Translations under genes and position numbers: made by a program
NCBI GenBank assembly: GCA_016188175.1
Contig: JACPII010000002.1
Span: 4,865 to 68,864 of the forward strand
DNA length: 64,000 bases
Direction of reading: 5' to 3'
Source of the DNA: Candidatus Woesearchaeota archaeon
Lineage (GTDB): Archaea; Nanobdellota; Nanobdellia; Woesearchaeales; JACPBV01
In this document: piece after piece, positions 30,635 through 41,337 of the stretch
How positions within the stretch are numbered: the first letter of the stretch is position 1
Layout: every line of letters starts with the position of its first letter
Notes under the pieces: generated by a model
Seen by the model: the letters and a program-made list of their open reading frames with translations, nothing else
Database searches by the model: none
Told to the model about the DNA's origin: nothing

Positions 30635-30849
30635 TGGCAGACAAAGAACGATTGCAGCAGATAGACCGTTGGGCAGCATATTGCAAAGCGGAGCCGGAAA
30701 AAGCAAAAAAAGCAGTCAATGGACTAGTCGATGCCCAGATCGACATCGCCAACAGATTCTATCAGAGGTTGAGGAAAACCCCAGAAGGTAGAAAGACTTA
30801 CGAAAAGCTACTGAAGCTGAGGATGGAAAGGTCGGGAAAGGGCAAGTAA
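30634..30849 (+). CDS. Small hypothetical protein (71 aa), start overlapping the stop of the NTase gene (TAATG). Possible partner subunit.
   Basis: ORF track plus overlap geometry. Confidence 0.4.
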   Translation: MADKERLQQIDRWAAYCKAEPEKAKKAVNGLVDAQIDIANRFYQRLRKTPEGRKTYEKLLKLRMERSGKGK

Positions 30850-30925
30850 AGCTGGCTCCTGGCTTTCTGAAACTTATTTAAAAAAAATCGGCATATTTTT
30901 ATAAGGAAGAACTGCAAAATACTTT

Positions 30926-33900
30926 ATGCGAGTTTCATCCACTTCCCTCCTGTTGATTTCTGTCGGCTTCATCCTTGCCATTCCTTTTGCTTATAGCCCC
31001 GTAATCGAGAGGGGTGGCTGCAGCCTTACCCTCAACGCAATGGCTGACGACGTCATCTGGGTTACTTTAACGAGCGGAACGGATGGAAGCATTAAAGCTG
31101 AGGGAAATCCTGGAAGTACCGGCTCTGACAGGTTTGAAAACCCCTTCAAAGCAAACCCAGGAGATATTCTCAGGGTAAGGGCGATTGACACAAAGCCCTG
31201 TGGGGCAGGGTTTGGAAAGCCTATTGGCTTTGAGTCATGGGACATTTTTAAAACGAGATGGATGGGGTATGAGCCAGCAACCGTTGAAGCAGCTTCCCCC
31301 AAGACATTCCTTGAATCACCGATAATTCTACCTAATTCGCCTGTCGGCATGAAGGTTACCAAGAATGGCAAGGATATTATCGACTACAAGATACAAACAT
31401 ACTTTGATCCGAACGATAATAAATGGAAGTTTCCGGAAGGCTGCGGAACTCCTGGGTGGTATCCAGACCCCAAGGATTTTTCTGACCGCTATCAGCCAGT
31501 ATATAAAATAGTTGACTGGTATAGGCCAGACGTGGTTGTGAAGGGGGGATATTGGGGCGACGATGGGGCGTATCATGACCCCGTCATCGAGAGAAATCCT
31601 GCAAAGGGCTATGTCTTCTACGACAGCGGAAATATTGTCTTAAGCCATACGTGCAAATGCGAAAACATTGGCTCCAGCTTTCCCACAATCCAGGGAACAT
31701 CCTCAGGAATTCTCAATGGCAAGTTTGTTGAGCTTTATGACTACTGTACTGATGGGACAGTTGACCAGCTAACAGGATTTCCCTCTGAATTTGTGTTTGA
31801 TCTCAGCTCAGATAAATATATCCCTTCCTATTTTGATTCAGAGGCGCTTAAATGGCACCCCTCTCCAAACGGAATCGCCCGAGCAGAACTCACCCATGTT
31901 GCAAAGGGTTCTTGTTCGGAGGGAGAAACGGGGCCATTGGAGATTTCCGTAAAAGAATGCCCCCAAGGCTCAAAATGTGTGGCTGGCGCTTGTTCCTGCG
32001 GCGACAGCGACAGGAAGGGGAAATATTCTAGGATTGATGTAAAGGGCACCACAACGGGATTTGATTATGGAAAGGCCCTAACCCACACCGATTTTTGTGT
32101 AACTTTTTTCGGGGATGAACAAAACAAGGGGGCATTCTATCCCTATACGACAAATTTCAAGAGTGTCGAAATCCCCTGCCCGCCAGATGAGCCGGGAAAG
32201 GGGCCATGTTACAGGGTTGTTCCCCAGGAAAACAAGAATATGGATTTACCGTCATTTGAATCTCTGCAAAAGAAGTGGAGTTCAGGCGGGGATGCTGCCT
32301 ACCAGGGCATTATGAAACTGGCAACATACGATAATAGTGGAAACAATGTTGGAAATGCCGTCATTGAAGGCGATTGCGTATATGACAAATCAGTCAAACT
32401 GAGTATAGCTCCCTGCGCACAAAGCTGCAGGGATGGAGCCTGCGTTCCGTATGAGGGGGCTAAAGTGGATATCTATCCGGCAAGAGATGAAGGAAAAAAG
32501 CAGGAATCTGGCAAGGAAATATCAGAACCATCAATCAACGAAAGGGAAGCGATAGTCTGCAAGGCAACACTTTCAAACCCTCCAAAAAACATTTATGTGA
32601 ATGTTGTCAAAGAAATTGACGGAATAAAATCAGCCTATGTGGCAAGGGGAGTTCCCCCGCCCGGCTGCAAGATTAATCCAAATTCCGCTGAATGCAGGGG
32701 ATATGTCCAATGCAAGGAAACAAACGCAGGAGTCACTTGCGTATCTCTCATTGACCCAGTGGAAGGTTCTGGCTTCCCCTACCCCCAGGTCGAAAAGATG
32801 CCATTTGATTTTAACGGAAAAAAGTGGAACCAGAGAGCGCTTCTTTCATGCGAGGTGGAGGTTGATGGAAAAAAATACACTTCCCAAAACAAAGTTAGGG
32901 TGAGGGGGAATGAAAAGAATAAGGATTTTTACCCGCAAAAAAGTGTTTTCCTTGTCCCTTTTAACGGGCTGTACCACGACGTCCTCAGCATTCTCCCTGC
33001 AGCAATTTGGGAAGACAAACAAGACAGGTATTGGTGCTCTCACCCAAAAACATCGGACAATAAAGAAGTTGGTGATAAATGTTATTACCCATTTTTGGTA
33101 TATCAAAAGGAAGATTCATTATACGACATCGAAAGCATTCGCTATTTTATCAATCAGCAATACAACTCCCTTCCCCAGGGCTCCGATGTCACCATCTTTA
33201 GCATTGGAAAATTCCTTAGTGAGTCTGGGATTAACGCAAAGGAAGTAAAAGAACTCTCTCCTTCTGACGTGTTGAACGAAAACTACTTTTGGAAGGAATT
33301 CTCAACCGTTGTTGTAGCCAATCTTGACCCCATTTCCTACAATGAAGCAATTTTGGGAGCTCAGCTTGCCTCCTACCTAAACGCCCCACTGATGTTCGCA
33401 TCGGACAGGGCAACCGCCACGTGGATAAATCTCTTCAAAAACCCTTCCAAAAAATATAGTGTGGTCCTCATGCCAGGCGTCGAACAGGGAGTGATTGACG
33501 ATATTGCAAAAAATGGCCATTTCTTGGTGAAATATGAAAATGGAGATTTTTCATATAACGATGGAAAACCTGAGCAAACCTTCAAACAGGAGGAAGATGT
33601 CCAGAAAGCATTACAGATCCACAAGCGGATTGACAAAATAATAATCGCCAACCCCTCCGACAAGCTATCCGCTTTCTGCGAGAACAATCTTCCCTTCCAA
33701 GGCCTTCCTGCCCTGAAAGAGTGGTATTGCCGAACATCGTTATCTGCCCCTATCCTCGCAGCAGGAAGGGATTGGCTGCCCACATTTGTTTATACGACAA
33801 GGTCAGCCCCAGGAATTTTCTTTTCCTCAGAAAGCAAGCAACAGGGATCAGGAACAAGGGAGGGAGGAGAAAAAGGAGCAGGCCAGGCCGAAACAGGTTC

Positions 33901-36900
33901 AACGAAGGCCGATGCAGCCTCCCAAGCACCAGCCCTTTCTCCGCCATCTAACCCGGAAGAGGAGATTGTCTCAATTGCAAAAAAACAAATTCAACCCCAG
34001 GTAGCTTCTATCTTAAGCTCATTTAAGCCAAAGTACGCCTTATTCCTTGCAGCGCCTAAAGCCATCCCGCTTAGCAAAATGAAAGGAAGTGATGGCCTCC
34101 AACGCTTATCACTGGACCGCTCCTATGTTGACCTAAATTTTGACGGGAAGGAAGACATCCCATTCGGAAGGCTCTATACAAAAACGATAACGGGAACTTC
34201 AGTGTACATGAATAGGATACTCTCAAACACCCAGCAGGAAAAGAATACATTTCTCTCTGTTGCGCACTCTTTCGAAGACCTCCAGACTCATTTTGACACA
34301 TTGGACATGCAGCTTCCATCCATGGGATACGACGAGGCTGACTGTTATCTCGCTTTTGATCCTTTAGGGAGATGCCAAAAAGGGGTTCCCCCCTCACCCT
34401 ACGACCCATACCAAGAAAAAAAAATAATATATTACGATGACCACGGAAGTTCCGACCAATGGAGCTCGACAATCCCCGCAAAGGATATTCCGCAATTGAG
34501 TTCCTCCCTCGTTATCTCAGATGCCTGCCTCACCAACGATTATTATAACTCCCCCGACGGGTATGTTTTTGGACCGGAAGCAATCGAAAAGGGAGCCCTT
34601 TCCTATCTGGGGGGTGTGGGAACTACTGCTGCCCGGGAAGGCCACATCCTGCAATCCGGAATTGGAGAAGATTTATTCAGGCTCGTTGTCAGCGAGAGAA
34701 ACCTTGACCTAGGCACTGCCCTCCAAGAGCTTTACCGGGGACTGACACCTGTAAGCAGCGACTACCTCCTCCTCGGTGACCCAACATTTACCCCATCCAT
34801 CCCAAGATTTTCATATCCTTATATTGTTAGACATGACCTCCAGGATAACCCAACATTGGGCTCCTCATTCTCTTTCCAGGTGTCAGACCAAGATGGGCCA
34901 GATAACGTTGGAGACATTAAGGTTCTCATCACAAGAAAAGAGGATAATGTCGTAAAAGAGGTCGCCCCAAAGTGCGAAAAGAGAAGCGACCATTGGTCCT
35001 GCACGATGGCATTCGATGATCTGTCTCTCATGCAAAAGGACCTTCTCGTGGAGATGAGGGCATATGACAAGAAAAACGAAAAATACGGTGCCGTCTACAA
35101 AGATGTTAAAAAAATCAAAGTTATTGAAATATCGGTCGTTGAATGCCGAATGGAGACTTCAGGCGTTGAGGGAACATGCACCGCGCATATCAAGGTTCAA
35201 AAGGACAATATCGGGGAGGTCAAATTCACCAAGCTTGAGGGGGGAATAATAAATCCCCCTTATCCAGAAAATAAAGGATGCGCATGGTCGAATAATAACC
35301 ACGAGTACCTCTGTAAGTTCACGTTTACCCCAGAAGACCCCGGGGATTACAAGATAAAGGTTGATGCAGAAACAAAATCTGTTGACGATGCTGGCAAGCC
35401 ATTTTCGGACGATGAAACGACGACATTCCGGGCATCCCCCATTGATGTCGCCAGGTATAGTTGCACAGAGTCCTTAGACCATCAAAAATGGGATTGTAAA
35501 TTAGATGTTAAGGCCAAAAAAGGGGACTTGGGCAAAGCAACGCTATCCAGCATTTCTGGGCCAGCAATTGCCCCACCAGAGCCTCAAGGAGGCTGCGTAT
35601 GGAACGAGGAAAGGGGATTAAATGTCTGCACATTCCTGTTTACCTTTCCAAAAGTTGGAAAGTATTCCCTCGTGTTTTCTGCATTCACCAATTCAATCGA
35701 TCCCAAGGACGGGAAGCCGTTCTTTGATTTTGAATATTTTGAAAAAGACCTCAACCCGATAAAGATTTCGTGGATAGAATGTTCCACTCCCAATATCGAC
35801 CAAGAGATTGTTTGCACAACCACCATGTACGTTGACCCAGCACAATGGGGGGATGCAGGGTTCTCTATTTTAGAAGGGGGGCCATATGAGCCGACACCAC
35901 TTACAACAAACTGTAAACAGGAGGGTCAAGAAAAGATAGAAGTTGTATTAAAGCCGAAGGTTAAATGCGAGACGAAATTTACTCCAAAAAGTGCTGGAAC
36001 CTACCGAATTGAGATGAAAGTGTCCACCAAACCGGCCGATGGAACCCAACCCCTAACGGGTACAGTGGAGACCACCCTAAACGTTAAAGCTATAAAAATG
36101 ACAGATATTGATTGTGGAGAATCAGTTATCGGAGCTGTTACCAAATGCATGGTCAACATTCTCGCCCCTAAAAACACATTGGGAACAGTTACCCTGGGGG
36201 CAGAGAAGGGATTTATTGACCCGGGCTCTGTTCTCGTCGAATGCCAATGGGACGGTAATAAATTTTATGACTGCGAATTCGAATTTACCCCCGGACAGGA
36301 AGGCGCACTTCTCATAAAAGTAGCCGCCGCTTCACTTTTAACAGACTCAAATAACAACCCCTATTCAGCTGAGGCCGAAAAACAGATTAATGTCGGGAAC
36401 ATCAAGATTAAGATTACCTCATGGAGCATAGTTGTTTTGGGAGTAAAAGGAAGGTTGTATTTCAAGGTTAAGGCCAAAAAAGATTCCTTTGACAGAGCAA
36501 TTTTGGAGAGGAAAGGCGGGGCAGAAGTTGATATCCCCGCTCCACAGGCGCAATGCGAATGGAATGAAGAACGGGCATTATTCACATGCAAAGCTGAATT
36601 TGTTCCCAAAGCTATAGGCTCCACCACCCTCCAGGCCACCGCATACCTAAAAGAGCCGGCAAGTAACCCTGCCGCCGCTACAGTCTCCCTTTTTGATAAA
36701 ATATCCGCATTGCAATGGGGTTTCCCTGGATGCAATCCAGCAATTATAGGAAGGAATGTTATATGTTCAATCGAGATATATTCATCCAAGGAGCTATTTA
36801 ACGGATTGACAATAAAAAAAGAAAGCGGGCCGGAGGTCGAAATTCCAGATGCGCCATCCTGCTTATGGAGGGAGCAACCCCAGCGGTTTGAATGCAAGTA

Positions 36901-37048
36901 CAGTTTTACCCCAAAAGGAACGGGAAAATTAAAGTTAGTGTTGACTGCAGAAATTCATCCCCCGGGAGGCAGCCCCATAAAGGTGAGCAAATCTCTTGAT
37001 TTCGAGCCGTTATCCATTATTAAAGATGATACCGAGGTAAAGCCATGA
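30926..37048 (+). CDS. Giant secreted/cell-surface protein (2040 aa). N-terminal signal peptide, Cys-rich N-terminal region, a clan CD (gingipain C25-like) cysteine peptidase core around residues 1150-1300 (HGSSDQW ... SDAC ... LLGDPT), a low-complexity linker, and six C-terminal ~105-aa Ig-like repeats with motif C-x-W-x5-7-C-x-F-x-F-x-P.
   Basis: ORF track. Signal peptide MRVSSTSLLLISVGFILAIPFAYS. TATA TTTTTATAAGG ~25 nt upstream (leaderless). Motif comparison from memory. Confidence 0.85.
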   Translation: MRVSSTSLLLISVGFILAIPFAYSPVIERGGCSLTLNAMADDVIWVTLTSGTDGSIKAEGNPGSTGSDRFENPFKANPGDILRVRAIDTKPCGAGFGKPIGFESWDIFKTRWMGYEPATVEAASPKTFLESPIILPNSPVGMKVTKNGKDIIDYKIQTYFDPNDNKWKFPEGCGTPGWYPDPKDFSDRYQPVYKIVDWYRPDVVVKGGYWGDDGAYHDPVIERNPAKGYVFYDSGNIVLSHTCKCENIGSSFPTIQGTSSGILNGKFVELYDYCTDGTVDQLTGFPSEFVFDLSSDKYIPSYFDSEALKWHPSPNGIARAELTHVAKGSCSEGETGPLEISVKECPQGSKCVAGACSCGDSDRKGKYSRIDVKGTTTGFDYGKALTHTDFCVTFFGDEQNKGAFYPYTTNFKSVEIPCPPDEPGKGPCYRVVPQENKNMDLPSFESLQKKWSSGGDAAYQGIMKLATYDNSGNNVGNAVIEGDCVYDKSVKLSIAPCAQSCRDGACVPYEGAKVDIYPARDEGKKQESGKEISEPSINEREAIVCKATLSNPPKNIYVNVVKEIDGIKSAYVARGVPPPGCKINPNSAECRGYVQCKETNAGVTCVSLIDPVEGSGFPYPQVEKMPFDFNGKKWNQRALLSCEVEVDGKKYTSQNKVRVRGNEKNKDFYPQKSVFLVPFNGLYHDVLSILPAAIWEDKQDRYWCSHPKTSDNKEVGDKCYYPFLVYQKEDSLYDIESIRYFINQQYNSLPQGSDVTIFSIGKFLSESGINAKEVKELSPSDVLNENYFWKEFSTVVVANLDPISYNEAILGAQLASYLNAPLMFASDRATATWINLFKNPSKKYSVVLMPGVEQGVIDDIAKNGHFLVKYENGDFSYNDGKPEQTFKQEEDVQKALQIHKRIDKIIIANPSDKLSAFCENNLPFQGLPALKEWYCRTSLSAPILAAGRDWLPTFVYTTRSAPGIFFSSESKQQGSGTREGGEKGAGQAETGSTKADAASQAPALSPPSNPEEEIVSIAKKQIQPQVASILSSFKPKYALFLAAPKAIPLSKMKGSDGLQRLSLDRSYVDLNFDGKEDIPFGRLYTKTITGTSVYMNRILSNTQQEKNTFLSVAHSFEDLQTHFDTLDMQLPSMGYDEADCYLAFDPLGRCQKGVPPSPYDPYQEKKIIYYDDHGSSDQWSSTIPAKDIPQLSSSLVISDACLTNDYYNSPDGYVFGPEAIEKGALSYLGGVGTTAAREGHILQSGIGEDLFRLVVSERNLDLGTALQELYRGLTPVSSDYLLLGDPTFTPSIPRFSYPYIVRHDLQDNPTLGSSFSFQVSDQDGPDNVGDIKVLITRKEDNVVKEVAPKCEKRSDHWSCTMAFDDLSLMQKDLLVEMRAYDKKNEKYGAVYKDVKKIKVIEISVVECRMETSGVEGTCTAHIKVQKDNIGEVKFTKLEGGIINPPYPENKGCAWSNNNHEYLCKFTFTPEDPGDYKIKVDAETKSVDDAGKPFSDDETTTFRASPIDVARYSCTESLDHQKWDCKLDVKAKKGDLGKATLSSISGPAIAPPEPQGGCVWNEERGLNVCTFLFTFPKVGKYSLVFSAFTNSIDPKDGKPFFDFEYFEKDLNPIKISWIECSTPNIDQEIVCTTTMYVDPAQWGDAGFSILEGGPYEPTPLTTNCKQEGQEKIEVVLKPKVKCETKFTPKSAGTYRIEMKVSTKPADGTQPLTGTVETTLNVKAIKMTDIDCGESVIGAVTKCMVNILAPKNTLGTVTLGAEKGFIDPGSVLVECQWDGNKFYDCEFEFTPGQEGALLIKVAAASLLTDSNNNPYSAEAEKQINVGNIKIKITSWSIVVLGVKGRLYFKVKAKKDSFDRAILERKGGAEVDIPAPQAQCEWNEERALFTCKAEFVPKAIGSTTLQATAYLKEPASNPAAATVSLFDKISALQWGFPGCNPAIIGRNVICSIEIYSSKELFNGLTIKKESGPEVEIPDAPSCLWREQPQRFECKYSFTPKGTGKLKLVLTAEIHPPGGSPIKVSKSLDFEPLSIIKDDTEVKP

Positions 37049-37944
37049 AAAGGGGAACATTCCTGTTTTTCGTCGTTGTAGAAATACTGCTCACTGCCGG
37101 AATCGCCTCTTCAAATCTGGAAACTTACATTTCAAGCCCTGATTTGGATTATGAGCCTGGAGAGACAATCGAAATAAAGGCGTTTATCGAAAACCCCACA
37201 AGCCAGACAAGAGACCTCACCATCGAGACAGATATTGAGTTTCCAAACAGGGAGCACTCCGGTAAGCCTATCCCGGAACCTGTAACTCTGGAACCTGGCA
37301 GATACCGCATAATAACCCATTCCCTCCGCGTAGAGCCAACCTATCCATCAGGGGAATATATTTTCCGATTGAAGATAGTTGAAGGAGAAAATATTATCAA
37401 AACGGAATCCTATTCCGTTGAGGTAAAAAATACCCTCTCAACGTTTAAACAGACATCATTCCAGTTCTGCCTGACAGCTGATTGCTCAGCTCCCCTCCCC
37501 GCCAGTGTTGGCAGGCTCCCCCTCACAGCCGAACCCATCACCCTTCAGGCAATTGGATGGGAAAGCCCCGTACTATCAGGGACAGTGACAGCCCCAGACC
37601 AGCAAACAACCCCTCTGGTTTTTTCCGGACAAAATGCGGAAATTATTTTTTCCGAAGATGGGCCCTACCGGATTGAGATTACTGCATCGAAAGAAAAATA
37701 CCAGGAATATATTAAAGTGATTGACCTCGAGATATATCGCGGTGATGTAAAGATCGAATATCTCAGAGCCTGCTCCGCAGATGGAATCTGCAAAGATGGC
37801 GAAAACCCAGGAAACTGCCCACAGGACTGTGTGCCGGCAGAAGGGCTTGAAAGCGAGTTCATAGAGACTGCAAAACAATGGCTCTTTGGTCAAACAATTC
37901 TTCAAAGGATGATTAGCCTTCTGGCGAGCATTTGGAAACCTTGA
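37045..37944 (+). CDS. Secreted hypothetical protein (signal peptide, Cys-rich C-terminus), translationally coupled to the giant gene (ATGA overlap)
   Basis: ORF track. MKRGTFLFFVVVEILLTAGIASS signal. Confidence 0.7.
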   Translation: MKRGTFLFFVVVEILLTAGIASSNLETYISSPDLDYEPGETIEIKAFIENPTSQTRDLTIETDIEFPNREHSGKPIPEPVTLEPGRYRIITHSLRVEPTYPSGEYIFRLKIVEGENIIKTESYSVEVKNTLSTFKQTSFQFCLTADCSAPLPASVGRLPLTAEPITLQAIGWESPVLSGTVTAPDQQTTPLVFSGQNAEIIFSEDGPYRIEITASKEKYQEYIKVIDLEIYRGDVKIEYLRACSADGICKDGENPGNCPQDCVPAEGLESEFIETAKQWLFGQTILQRMISLLASIWKP

Positions 37945-38030
37945 TCTTATTGGAGATTCATCCAGATTATGCCCCCATCTTCTCTCCCGCGCCCCCTATT
38001 TCTTTTTTCTCGCCACCCAGCCATTCGATA

Positions 38031-39299
38031 TCACAAAGCCTTTTTCCATAAACTGCTGGGCCGGTGCAAAATATCCTCGCAATCCCTGAATACCCTGCGA
38101 GTATGCTCCATTGAAAAAGGAACATCCGGATCAATAGCGTCCCGGACATCCAGAGCCGGCCATAAGCCGACGGAAGTGAGTTGGTTGGCCCTTCCAAAAA
38201 AGATTTGGCTTGGGCTTGGCCTTTCAACCCAGGAATCACCAAGCGTCCGATGGAGGGACGCATACCAATCAGCAAACCGGCGTACCCGCGCAAAGTCAAA
38301 ATACTGGAGCATCCCGAGCTTTTCCAAAAGGCACCTGATTTCCACCCTTTCCAGATAAGCCCCCCGATTGACAACATACAAAGTTTCAGAGTTCATCAGC
38401 CACCCTATCGCCATAAGGGTGTTTTTCGCAAGGGGATCGCGGGGAACAAGAGTTTTCCCTGTTTGGACAACCTCAAGCCCGTATCTTCCCGGTTTTTGCC
38501 TGACGATGGCATCTGCACTCCGCACAGGCTCGAATTGCAATGGAAACGGTTTGCTTTTCCCAAACGCGCACCTAAATGCTTCCTCATAACCATTCTTGAC
38601 AAGAAAATGTTCACCCCTCCGGGCGAGAGCGTCAATTTGCTCATAACGGTCCCGTTTACCGGTGATTAAGAAAACTCCAACAATATCCAGGAACCCCTGC
38701 GGAGTTGAAAGATTGGCTGAACCTGCTATTCGCAACGGAGAATTCCCGCAAACACTATAATTAAATGCCCCCCACTGAGTGACCTCAGTTTCAGTGCTCA
38801 TATCATCGGAAGCCGCCGCCATAACCTCATCCAGCCCAGCAAGCGCAGCATCCGCTTTCTGAGACTTTGCTGCAAGAACTCTCTCGTCAGATGGCGCCCC
38901 CCTGATAAAGGCAGGGATGCCATCAACCTCAACCGAAAGCTCAGAAAAACCGCCCCTGTATTTTCCTGAATGGTTGGGATCAGGATAAATGCCGAGAGCC
39001 CCACGTGCTTCATCAGGAACTCCAGAAAGGCTGCTTCTTGCCCTGTCAAAATAGGGGCTCATAAATTCCCTTGAGCCAACGACCGCCTCAGAGATGAGGG
39101 GAAGCCTTGGATCATTGGTGACCGCATACAATCTATCAAAAAAAGAAGTAAATGCCCTTCCCCACGGAGGGATAAGCAGTGTGATGGGTTCCCGATTCAT
39201 ATCCAAGGAGAACCCGAAATGGTTTATAAACCTGATGAGGGGAATCCGCAAATAAGAAATGACCTTAATCCGCCCGAACAACCATAAGGGCATTGCCAA
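38031..39299 (-). CDS. Hypothetical protein (422 aa), island gene
   Basis: ORF track only, no recognizable motif. Confidence 0.55.
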   Translation of the reverse strand: MAMPLWLFGRIKVISYLRIPLIRFINHFGFSLDMNREPITLLIPPWGRAFTSFFDRLYAVTNDPRLPLISEAVVGSREFMSPYFDRARSSLSGVPDEARGALGIYPDPNHSGKYRGGFSELSVEVDGIPAFIRGAPSDERVLAAKSQKADAALAGLDEVMAAASDDMSTETEVTQWGAFNYSVCGNSPLRIAGSANLSTPQGFLDIVGVFLITGKRDRYEQIDALARRGEHFLVKNGYEEAFRCAFGKSKPFPLQFEPVRSADAIVRQKPGRYGLEVVQTGKTLVPRDPLAKNTLMAIGWLMNSETLYVVNRGAYLERVEIRCLLEKLGMLQYFDFARVRRFADWYASLHRTLGDSWVERPSPSQIFFGRANQLTSVGLWPALDVRDAIDPDVPFSMEHTRRVFRDCEDILHRPSSLWKKAL

Positions 39300-39377
39300 A
39301 ATACGAAATAAGCTGACACTTTTGTAGGTGTGGTAGGTTATGTCAAAATGGGTATTCCGAAAAAAATGTATCCCTTT

Positions 39378-39923
39378 TTATCTGCAGCACTCGCAGCTTT
39401 CCTTCCAGCATGCAGTGATCAAGGAATTATCTTTCTCCCCGGAAGAGATAAAGCGGCCCTTCCACTCCCTCGCTTTCCCTATGCAGGCAGAAAACGCGCA
39501 GGAACGAAGCTGCTGGGTTCCCTCCCCCGGAACCAAACACGTATCAGGAACCGGCCAGAATGCGCTGTCGGGCGGAGAGCCAAAACCCGCTGAGCATTTG
39601 TCTGCATCCCAATCTGGAGGAAAAAAACGCTCCCCCACCGTTTCCTCAGTAATCAGCGCTCCCGATGAGCCTTTAGCTTCATCCCAAGCCCATTCGGACG
39701 TGAACGAATATAATTCAAGAGCCGTCGCCCTTCCAACGGTTTGAACACTCCCAAACACAAGATAGGCAAGCAGCCAAACCCCAATTACTGCCGAGAATAT
39801 TGCAATGACCACATCAAGCTCCTTGGGAAGCTTATGATGGACAAGATGCTTTTTTACCATAGCCTGATATTTGAATGCTGATTTATTAAGGTTTCTAGGT
39901 TTTGTAGAAGGTTTAGTATGCAC
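39378..39923 (-). CDS. Hypothetical membrane-anchored Cys-rich protein
   Basis: ORF track. TM helix DVVIAIFSAVIGVWLLAYLVF. C-terminal CxC and CC clusters. Confidence 0.5.
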   Translation of the reverse strand: MHTKPSTKPRNLNKSAFKYQAMVKKHLVHHKLPKELDVVIAIFSAVIGVWLLAYLVFGSVQTVGRATALELYSFTSEWAWDEAKGSSGALITEETVGERFFPPDWDADKCSAGFGSPPDSAFWPVPDTCLVPGEGTQQLRSCAFSACIGKAREWKGRFISSGEKDNSLITACWKESCECCR

Positions 39924-40055
39924 ATACTAGGTTTACCCAAGTTCAAGCTGAGCCATAATAAATGTAGGATAGGTATAAACCAAAACTGATGGGATTATAA
40001 ACAACTGCTGGCTAAAGAGCCTACAAAGTTCTATCCTATCCCGAGCCTAAAAAGA

Positions 40056-41294
40056 TCACTTGGGGGGCTGTTGCCGGCTTAATTCAATCTTTAATTGTTC
40101 GTCACTCATCGGACGAATGGTGACATAGTGCGCCGTAGCTATCACTTTGCATGTAGGTTCAGGAGAAAGGATAAAAGGAACCGAGAGGTCAAGGACAAAT
40201 CTTCCCGGACCCAATGGCCTTAAATCTGTATCATGCTGCTCAACACCGACAGTTTTTGCCATATTTGGCGCATATATGGTATAGATGGAGAGTACATCTT
40301 CCTTAGTTGCCCCAGTCACAGGAATCTGAAGGAGCCATGAAATGACCTCGCCGATGGTCAATGTTGTGGTATAGTCTTCATTAGTACCGCAGGGCATAAG
40401 GAGAGCATGGCCCCCTCCACTCATAAGACGGAAAAAATCAGCCTTGCAGTATTGCTCAAGAAGACTCCTGCCAAGAATAAATGATGAAGGCTTGTTCTGT
40501 CCAAGAGCTTGAGAGTTTCCAAGGGAATAAATGATTAACCTGTCCAAACGTGGGCCGCGATAGCTCTTCAAAAACTCAAAAATTCCCAGTGGGTTGGGAA
40601 ATGTTTCAAAACGAACATTATCAAAATCCAAGTTTACCCTTCTTCCCAGAAGGAGCCGGTCTATTCCTGAACTGTCGGTAAAGTCTGGATTGACGACTGC
40701 ATTTCTCTTTGCAAGAGTGTACGCCAATGGTTCCTGAAATTCGAGATTGTCAGGAATTCCCATTTCGGGAGTAAATTTGACTCTCCAATGTGTTGTTGAA
40801 AGATCTGAGAATTCCCCAACCAGGAGGCACATGACGTTAAATCTATACCTTGCAGGGTCAATTTCTTTTACAGGAACGGTAAGTATCTCCTGTCTTCGTG
40901 GTTTTTCCCACTGCTCATAGGGAATAGTAGTGCAGCCAGAGCCGGCCAAACACCAGTACAAAGCAGCAATGCCAATGCCAGTTGATGATCGATTTATAGG
41001 TGATGGCTCTGATGATGAATTTGATGATGATGGGTTTGATGATGACAGCCCCGTTGGTAGCGGTCCCCTCGAAGCGTAAGGCGCTGGAGTTCCATAAAGG
41101 GAGATAGTAGAAGGGGTAGGTAGGTAAGTTTTTGAACCACTTTTTGTTAGAGCATCCTTAGCCTTTTTACCCCCGGGGGGGCTTGAGAGCCGCCTCTTTG
41201 ATTTGTTTCCCAAACTCCCGGAAAAGGATTCTCGCCTTACACCTCCGGCATTCCGGAAGTGCTGGTGAACAAATGTTTGGCTGCGGTGATTCAT
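40056..41294 (-). CDS. Hypothetical protein with a Ser/Pro-rich ~100-aa N-terminus followed by a hydrophobic segment plus lipobox-like LAGSGC
   Basis: ORF track. TATA ~30 nt upstream of ATG 41294, adjacent to repeat E2. Confidence 0.55.
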   Translation of the reverse strand: MNHRSQTFVHQHFRNAGGVRRESFSGSLGNKSKRRLSSPPGGKKAKDALTKSGSKTYLPTPSTISLYGTPAPYASRGPLPTGLSSSNPSSSNSSSEPSPINRSSTGIGIAALYWCLAGSGCTTIPYEQWEKPRRQEILTVPVKEIDPARYRFNVMCLLVGEFSDLSTTHWRVKFTPEMGIPDNLEFQEPLAYTLAKRNAVVNPDFTDSSGIDRLLLGRRVNLDFDNVRFETFPNPLGIFEFLKSYRGPRLDRLIIYSLGNSQALGQNKPSSFILGRSLLEQYCKADFFRLMSGGGHALLMPCGTNEDYTTTLTIGEVISWLLQIPVTGATKEDVLSIYTIYAPNMAKTVGVEQHDTDLRPLGPGRFVLDLSVPFILSPEPTCKVIATAHYVTIRPMSDEQLKIELSRQQPPK

Positions 41295-41337
41295 CGGGGG
41301 AAAAGAATGGAGCTCCCCTTAAAAATATAGATGGCTT

